Shown here: positions 28,996 to 35,678 of the stretch, piece after piece | Layout of the letters: the number at the start of each line of letters is the position of its first letter | Position numbering within the stretch: the first letter of the stretch is position 1 | DNA from: Magnetococcales bacterium | GTDB taxonomy: Bacteria; Pseudomonadota; Magnetococcia; Magnetococcales; UBA8363 | Assembly: GCA_015228815.1 (NCBI GenBank) | Contig: JADGCV010000006.1 | Span: forward strand, 74,495 to 138,494 | Length of the DNA stretch: 64,000 bases | Direction of reading: 5' to 3' | The notes under the pieces: model-generated | What the model was told of the DNA's origin: nothing | Databases searched by the model: none | Seen by the model: the letters and a program-made list of their open reading frames with translations, nothing else | Translations under genes and position numbers: made by a program

Positions 28996-31900
28996 ATGCA
29001 ACAACTGCCCCCCGCCATTCCCATTGTCTTGGTTGATATTGAAAATTTCAGTCAATGGAACCAGGACGAGCAGGCCAAAATCATTGACCGTTTACAGACA
29101 GGACTCAGGGAAAGCCTGAAACCCTTGATCGGGTACGCCAACCCCGACACGATCATCAACCGCCACGGCGCTGGGGACGGTTATTATTTGTTTCTTCAAA
29201 GTTTTTCAACCCCGGTTGCCATGCGGGTAGCCTTGAATCTGGAAAACTTTCTGCTCCAAGACAACCAGAAGCATCCCCGCTATCCCCTGCGCCTGCGGGT
29301 GGTATTGACTTTGGGAAGTGTCGGACTCAAGGGGGACCAATATCTGGGAGAGGCGTTGACCGAGGCGGCACGGCTCATCGATCATGATTGGATCAGGAAG
29401 ATATTGAAAACCCGCAAGGAAAGTCCCGTTGTCCTGGCAACCTCGAACTTTTTTTGGGACGATTGGCATCCTCATCCCCAGCGCACCGCTCCAGAGTTGA
29501 CCTTTCCAGAAGAGCGCCCCTGGATCGCGGTTGAATTATCCGTCAAACATGGCCGCCTCATCGGTGCCCATGTGCAGGTCGAGCCAACAACCTTTTTTCC
29601 AATCGCCCAACAACAAACCATTCAGGAAAAACCGGTAGAAACCTCTGCCTGCGATCTGACCCCCTGGCTCAAATCACTGCATGACGAAACCCGGTATCTC
29701 ACAATCAGCGGCATCGGCTCCGGCGGAGGCCGGGGCAAAACAGCCAATCTTTACCCGATTGAAGATCTTTATACGGTCATCAAGTGCCATGACATAGTCA
29801 TCAACGCACGGCAATCAACGATGGAACGGATGGGGGGGCAAGAGACGCGCGGTAAAAAGGTCAACCTGGCGGAACTGTTGCCACGACACAAAAGATTGTT
29901 GATCGAGGGACAGCCGGGATCGGGGAAGACCACGTTTTTAAAACTGACCGCCGCCATGCTCGCCAGGGATATTCTGGGAAATGAACCCTGCCCGGGCGGA
30001 GGGACCTGGCGCAAACGCCATCTGGGCCTGGATGACCGCTTGGAATCGCCGATTCCGTTGTTTTTGCGGCTTTCGGAACTGGCCAGGCTATTGTCCGACA
30101 GGCCCCCCCCAAAAATGGCGGACGACCGTTTTCGGCTGTTGGATCTTCTCCAGACCACCCGGGACGCGGGCCGGGAGGCAACATGGCGGGACTATTGGCA
30201 AACCTTGCTGGAAGAAGGCCGGGTCCTGCTGCTGTTGGATGGACTGGATGAAGTCGCGGATGATCGCTTGCGTGAGCGGGTGTTCGCCATTTTTCAAAGT
30301 GCGGTAACCCACTGGAAAAAAAATACCATCATTGTCAGCAGCCGTCCCATTGAAGCGGAGCGGTTGGAACAGATGGGATTTCAACGGACGGTGATCGAAC
30401 CTTTTGGCATCGCTCAAACACAGGAGTTTATCGACCATTGGTCGGCAGCCCTGTATGGCCAAGCCATCGGCGTCCCTGGCGGTGCGGCGGAACAACATGC
30501 CGAAATCCTGGTTCAGGCCATTCTCGCCAAACATTCCATCCGCAAGTTGGCGGCCAATCCGGTCATGTTGACCTGTTTGTGCGTGGTTCATTGGAACGAA
30601 GGCCAATTGCCCGAAGGAAGGGCGCGGGTCTACAGGGCGGTGATCCGCTGGTTGTTGGGCGCCAAGGATGAGGTGCGCGCCGACTTCAACAGGAATGAAC
30701 AAGAACGCTATACCACCCGGTTCGCCCATGAATCTTTTGCCGCCATTGCCCTGGCCATGATGGGCGGTCGTCAAGGGAGGAAAAAAGCCATTTTCGACCT
30801 TGAGGAGGCCGCCAAGGCTGTAATGCCCCTTCATGAACGTCATTTTCCGGACGTCACTACGGACCGGCTTGTTTCAATACGAAAATGGATCCAATTCGAG
30901 TGCATTTACAGCGGCATTCTGGAAGAGATGGGGCGGAACCGCCTCCGATTTTGGCATTTGACCTTTCAAGAGTATCTGGCGGCGCAAAACTTGGCGTGGA
31001 TGAGCGATGACAAGGAGAGCGGATGGTGGCCTCTTGTCGAAGGCCGTTTGGAAGACCCCCATTGGCGGGAAACGATCGATCTGTTTCCCGGCGTTCTTTT
31101 CGATGAGGGTGGTAGCCAGCGCCCGGATGAATTATTGACACGGGTAGTAGCCAAATGGCGTACCTCCACTTGGTCCGATCCATTTCTGAAACTGGTCCCG
31201 GGCAAAAGACACAACAACGGCTTGGCGGAGGCCGCTCACAAGGCTGGCCTCCTGGTGCGAATCCTGGAGCCGATGAAGGTATATCAATACCAACCCAGCC
31301 CCGAGATCCAGAAAGAATACCGGCAGGTGCGCAACCAAGCCCTGAACCTTTTCACCCTGGAAGGTGCGGCCAAGGTGCCGATCAAGGTACGCCTGGCAGC
31401 GGCGGAAGCGTTGGGCCAGGGGGGCGACCCGCGCCTGACCGAGGACAAGTGGCGAGAAAATCTTATCAAAGTGCCTGGAACCGACATTTGCCTGGGGAAA
31501 TACCCGGTGACAGTGCAGGAATACCAACGCTTTGTCGAAGATGGTGGCTACGACAACCCCGATTATTGGCAGGAGGATCACGCCTGGACCTTTCGGCAAG
31601 CGCATGACTGGAAGGAACCAGATCAATGGGCACAACAATTGGACCATGGCAATCGCCCCGTCGTGAGGGTCTCCTGGTATGAAGCCAGAGCTTATTGTCT
31701 TTGGCTGACCCGGCAAAAGTCGGACGTAACAAGGGATATCCGTTTTTTCCTCCCCAATGAAGATGATTGGGAGAGGGCGGCCACCCCCACCCATGGTGAT
31801 TACCCCTGGGGCACGGAAAACCCGACACCGGAATTGGCCAATTATAGCGACGGCAAGATCGGCGCCCCCACCCCGGTGGGACTCTACCCCGCAGGCAACA

Positions 31901-32154
31901 GTTCCCTGGGCCATTGCGACTTGGCCGGCAACGTCTGGGAGTGGTGCTCCACTCCTGGATCGAAGAAAGACGCTATCGAGGAAGATGCAGTGAAATACGG
32001 ACCACCGAAGGTAGTTCGGGGCGGGTCCTGGGGCTTCCCAGCTTCCGACCTCCAGGTCGGCGGCAGAGGCGGTCGCATCGACGGTCGTGCGGGCTACCGC
32101 GGCGCCGGTCTGGGCTTTCGCCTCGCCGCCCCCGCCAGCACGCTTGATCCTTGA
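28996..32154 (+). CDS. STAND/NLR-like protein: class III cyclase-like domain + NACHT NTPase + HEAT-like repeat + FGE-sulfatase (SUMF1/CLec) domain, 1052 aa
   Basis: AAGGA lies 6 nt upstream of the ATG.
- aa 8-130: LVDIENFSQW, GAGDGYYLF, LRLRVVLTLGSVGLKGDQYLGEALTEAARL (cyclase homology-like)
- aa 305-312: GQPGSGKT (Walker A)
- aa 410-419: VLLLLDGLDE (Walker B), with IVSSRP
- aa ~797-813: KVRLAAAEALGQGGDPR (HEAT-like)
- aa ~825-1047: RVSWYEARAYCLWL, GNVWEWC, RGGSW (FGE-sulfatase). Confidence 0.85.
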   Translation: MQQLPPAIPIVLVDIENFSQWNQDEQAKIIDRLQTGLRESLKPLIGYANPDTIINRHGAGDGYYLFLQSFSTPVAMRVALNLENFLLQDNQKHPRYPLRLRVVLTLGSVGLKGDQYLGEALTEAARLIDHDWIRKILKTRKESPVVLATSNFFWDDWHPHPQRTAPELTFPEERPWIAVELSVKHGRLIGAHVQVEPTTFFPIAQQQTIQEKPVETSACDLTPWLKSLHDETRYLTISGIGSGGGRGKTANLYPIEDLYTVIKCHDIVINARQSTMERMGGQETRGKKVNLAELLPRHKRLLIEGQPGSGKTTFLKLTAAMLARDILGNEPCPGGGTWRKRHLGLDDRLESPIPLFLRLSELARLLSDRPPPKMADDRFRLLDLLQTTRDAGREATWRDYWQTLLEEGRVLLLLDGLDEVADDRLRERVFAIFQSAVTHWKKNTIIVSSRPIEAERLEQMGFQRTVIEPFGIAQTQEFIDHWSAALYGQAIGVPGGAAEQHAEILVQAILAKHSIRKLAANPVMLTCLCVVHWNEGQLPEGRARVYRAVIRWLLGAKDEVRADFNRNEQERYTTRFAHESFAAIALAMMGGRQGRKKAIFDLEEAAKAVMPLHERHFPDVTTDRLVSIRKWIQFECIYSGILEEMGRNRLRFWHLTFQEYLAAQNLAWMSDDKESGWWPLVEGRLEDPHWRETIDLFPGVLFDEGGSQRPDELLTRVVAKWRTSTWSDPFLKLVPGKRHNNGLAEAAHKAGLLVRILEPMKVYQYQPSPEIQKEYRQVRNQALNLFTLEGAAKVPIKVRLAAAEALGQGGDPRLTEDKWRENLIKVPGTDICLGKYPVTVQEYQRFVEDGGYDNPDYWQEDHAWTFRQAHDWKEPDQWAQQLDHGNRPVVRVSWYEARAYCLWLTRQKSDVTRDIRFFLPNEDDWERAATPTHGDYPWGTENPTPELANYSDGKIGAPTPVGLYPAGNSSLGHCDLAGNVWEWCSTPGSKKDAIEEDAVKYGPPKVVRGGSWGFPASDLQVGGRGGRIDGRAGYRGAGLGFRLAAPASTLDP
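32017..32154 (+). repeat. VR-like 3' cassette of the NACHT gene (left arm of the inverted repeat), including a GC-only 12-mer and the stop
   Basis: The stretch from cgg ggc ggg tcc tgg to gcc gcc ccc gcc agc acg ctt gat cct tga aligns with the 3' end of the TIR gene (32587-32715, opposite strand). The final 48 nt differ at 2 positions. Confidence 0.85.
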
Positions 32155-32203
32155 TTTTTTGGGTTTTGGTCCTTGATGGGGTCCAGGGGGCGATGATGAC
32201 TTT

Positions 32204-32410
32204 GTCACTTTGAACCGCTTCCTTTCCGAAGCGGCCATCGTTCTTGGCAAATCCCCCCGGCAGTTGGGCTACCGGATCAAGAACGGCGCACTTTGAGCGC
32301 ACAAAAACAAGGGCTTCTGGGTCATCGTCAACACCGACCTGCCCCTTTTCGAAGTTTGGAAACACGATACCCTTTTGCCCGCCCCCGGATTTCGAATTCC
32401 AAAAAAGTAG
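32204..32410 (+). pseudogene. Remnant of a small excisionase/AlpA-type (HTH_17-like) DNA-binding gene with an in-frame TGA
   Basis: The frame reads (V)TLNRFLSEAAIVLGKSPRQLGYRIKNGAL*AHKNKGFWVIVNTDLPLFEVWKH...KK*. The stop at 32294-96 interrupts the expected helix-turn-helix plus wing. No convincing start or RBS is visible. Confidence 0.35.
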
Positions 32411-32586
32411 GCTGTCCCCGAACTCCAAAGTGACATTTTGTCAGTTTGTCACTGTCACATGGACATCATGACCGTTATTAGTGACAAAGATGGACCAATA
32501 ACGACCATTTTTGTCACTTTAAACGACAAGAATGGTCGTTCTATTGTCATTTCACGCAACCATTGGGCTGCGACCCATGGACCCCA

Positions 32587-32715
32587 TCAAGGATTAAGCG
32601 TGCTGGCGGGGGCGGCAAGGCGAAAGCCCAGACTGACGCCGCAGCCGCCCGCAGGAGCGTCGCCGCGGAAGCCGACCCGGAGGTAGGAAGCCGGGCGGAA
32701 CCAAGACCCGCCCCT
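32587..32715 (-). repeat. VR-like 3' cassette of the TIR gene (right arm of the inverted repeat)
   Basis: The stretch from agg ggc ggg tct tgg to gcc gcc ccc gcc agc acg ctt aat cct tga aligns with 43 codons of the NACHT gene cassette. See the findings for the mismatch pattern. Confidence 0.85.
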
Positions 32716-34059
32716 GATAGAGCGAACATCTGCATTGCCACGCTTGACCACGGGGTCCTTGACCATCGTTCCATCGGCCCGTTTTTTATACACCTGATTA
32801 TCCCAGACATCCCGGCACCATTCCCAAACATTTCCTGCCAAGTCCAAATGGCCGAAGGGACCTGCGCCCGCCGGATACCGTCCGACCAAGGCTGGTTTTC
32901 CATTGCCGTAGTCCAAACCAAAACAGGCCAATTCCTTCGTGGGGTCGTCGTCTCCCCAGGGATGGCGGCATCCCTCCGGTCCCCGAGCGGCATACTCCCA
33001 TTGCGCTTCCGAAGGGAGAAAGAATTCCTTTCCGGACTTTTTGGAAAGCCACTCACAAAAAGCGACGGCATCTTGCCAAGCCACACCGACAACCGGCTGC
33101 TGCGGATCGGAATATTTTTGATCGCGCCAATAGAACGGTTCCCTATATTTCGTCTCCAGGATGAAAATCCCATAGTGCTGGTTCGTCACCGGCGTTTCCG
33201 CCAGCCCAAAAGGTGAAAGTTCCACCCGATGTTCCGGTTTTTCAAAATCCCTTCCCTGGTTGTCTCCCATCGTAAAGATTCCCCCCGGCACCGGAAGCAA
33301 TCGCAGCCCCGGCAGGGGTTCAAGAATTTTTTGTTTTGTGGTTTTTACCTTTCTGGTTTTAGGAGTCCCTGCTTTGCTGTCGATGACATAAATTCTCTCT
33401 GGGACGCCTGCGGCTACAGAATTTTTTTCCGAAACGCCCGACATCGCTTCTTTGCCTAAGGTCTTCCCGGCTTCGGTTCCCGGCGCCAAAGGTAAGGAAC
33501 GCCTTTCGGCGATCAATTCGCGGATCCGGTTCGACAAATTGAGAAAAACCTCTTGTTTCCCAATTTCATTCATGTGTCCCAGTGTTCGTGTTGGTGAAGC
33601 AAACCCTTGAATCTTGGTCAATATTTTTGTTTTATCATTGACTGCGACCTGAGAAGGGCTCACAAAGACAGGAAGAAGGGTCAGCTTTTTTTTCTCGAAA
33701 GCTCTCAATAGCCACGGCAATTCCGTCTCAGCGACAAATTTGGAAGCAAGAAAGGGCTGAGAGATAAAAAGCACCGCCACGGAAGCTTCCTCCATGGCCG
33801 CAACAATTTCTTTTTCCCAAACCGCTCCCTCTGTGATCTTCCCGTCATACCAACACTGAACCCCCTCTTCCCCCTTCAACGTCTCAATATACGGCCAAAA
33901 AAGTTCCAAACAGCTGACGTCTTTATGACTGTAACTGATGAAGACCGCAGGTTTTGACACGCTTCTGGCACCCAAAGACATCATCCTTTCAATAACCAGT
34001 CGTAGAATCCTGTCGGCTCTAACATCAATACCAAGAAGGTTCAAAAGGCCAACGATCAT
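32587..34059 (-). CDS. TIR domain + FGE-sulfatase (SUMF1/CLec) domain protein, 490 aa
   Basis: aa ~38-130 read AVFISYSHKD...CWYDGKITEGAVWEKEI...ASVAVLFISQPFLASKFVAETEL (TIR_2-like). aa ~262-485 read PGGIFTMGDNQG, VVGVAWQDAVAFCEWL, GNVWEWC, RGGSWF (FGE-sulfatase). GGAG lies 3 nt upstream of the ATG at 34059; alternative ATGs are at 33984/33981. Confidence 0.85.
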   Translation of the reverse strand: MIVGLLNLLGIDVRADRILRLVIERMMSLGARSVSKPAVFISYSHKDVSCLELFWPYIETLKGEEGVQCWYDGKITEGAVWEKEIVAAMEEASVAVLFISQPFLASKFVAETELPWLLRAFEKKKLTLLPVFVSPSQVAVNDKTKILTKIQGFASPTRTLGHMNEIGKQEVFLNLSNRIRELIAERRSLPLAPGTEAGKTLGKEAMSGVSEKNSVAAGVPERIYVIDSKAGTPKTRKVKTTKQKILEPLPGLRLLPVPGGIFTMGDNQGRDFEKPEHRVELSPFGLAETPVTNQHYGIFILETKYREPFYWRDQKYSDPQQPVVGVAWQDAVAFCEWLSKKSGKEFFLPSEAQWEYAARGPEGCRHPWGDDDPTKELACFGLDYGNGKPALVGRYPAGAGPFGHLDLAGNVWEWCRDVWDNQVYKKRADGTMVKDPVVKRGNADVRSIRGGSWFRPASYLRVGFRGDAPAGGCGVSLGFRLAAPASTLNP

Positions 34060-34261
34060 CCACTCCGTGACTTAATGGTGTTACGAGTCCTTTAATTTCA
34101 AGCCCGCCATTATTACCATGATTTGGATTCGAATTCCACCTCGTTGGCCCAAGCGGCGCCGTCTCCCGACTGGACGTCAATCAGGCATGATCATTTCACC
34201 ACCATCCCCCTCAGCCTGAGAAACAGTTTGTCGATATATCTGTCCCGGTCATCCGTCATGA

Positions 34262-34924
<663 letters not shown>

Positions 34925-34925
<1 letters not shown>

Positions 34926-35566
34926 CATGCTTCCCGGATCAAACGCCCCCCCTCGATCCGGACCTTGCATTCGATCAATCCCGGTTTGCCCTCGGGGTCG
35001 GGACCCAGGCAGCGGCCCGACGCCAGATCGAAGATCCAGTTGTGCATCCGACATTCGACACGATCGCCATGATCGACGCCTTTGCACAAGGTCGTCTTGG
35101 AATGCGGGCAGCGGCTCAGATAGACCTTCGCCGTTTCCGGACCGGTACGGAATACGATCAGATCGCCGTCCGGCTTGTGGACACACGCCATTTTGTTCAG
35201 AGGAAAAGAGGCCATCGTCCCAAGGACGTTATCTCCGACCACCTTCTCTTCACCCGGTGCCTCGGGAAGAAGATCCAGATCCCGCAATACTTCAATGGCA
35301 TCAAGCAGTTTGTTCAGCCCCGAGGCGGGGAAGGCCATCATCACCGCATCAAGGATTTCCTCCTTGCTGGCCCCCGCCTTCAACGCCTTGGGGGCGTATT
35401 GCCGCAACCCCCGTTCCGTCCCCACCGCCACCTTGGTCACGATCTGGATCAAGAACCTGGTTTTATCATCCAACGCCTTGACACTGTGTTTGTAAAAACC
35501 AAGCAAATTCGTCGCCGCTTCGGGACGGACAGCCCCCAGATACCTTAATGCCTTCGACACGATCAT
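34925..35566 (-). CDS. Fusion protein: carboxymuconolactone decarboxylase (AhpD-like) domain + Rieske [2Fe-2S] domain
   Basis: The N-terminal half shows CMD-like helices (DDKTRFLIQIVTKVAVG...EEILDAVMMA). The C-terminal half shows CPHSKTTL...ECRMHNWIFDL, which fits the Rieske CxH...CxxH pattern. Confidence 0.75.
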
Positions 35567-35678
35567 CTCCTTTCAGAATGCAATCAACCGATTTGAAACG
35601 TTTGCAGAAACATGGAAAGCAGCCTAAGCCACGAATACGACATGAAAATGGCCCGTCCAGGATTCAGACCCCGGATGT

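Noticed and set aside
32155-32586. Searched the inter-gene spacer, and the rest of the window, for a DGR template repeat, Avd or reverse transcriptase
   Set aside because: No sequence resembles the cassettes with A-rich or AAC-rich substitutions, and no ORF has RT motifs. I therefore report only a VR-like signature and do not call a DGR.
34118-34150. tRNA 3'-end-like sequence (TGGATTCGAATTCCA) at the island edge, a possible att remnant
   Set aside because: The T-arm-like stem is only 4 bp. There is no matching acceptor, D or anticodon arm, and no CCA context. The sequence is itself a near-palindrome around TTCGAA, so it is probably coincidental.
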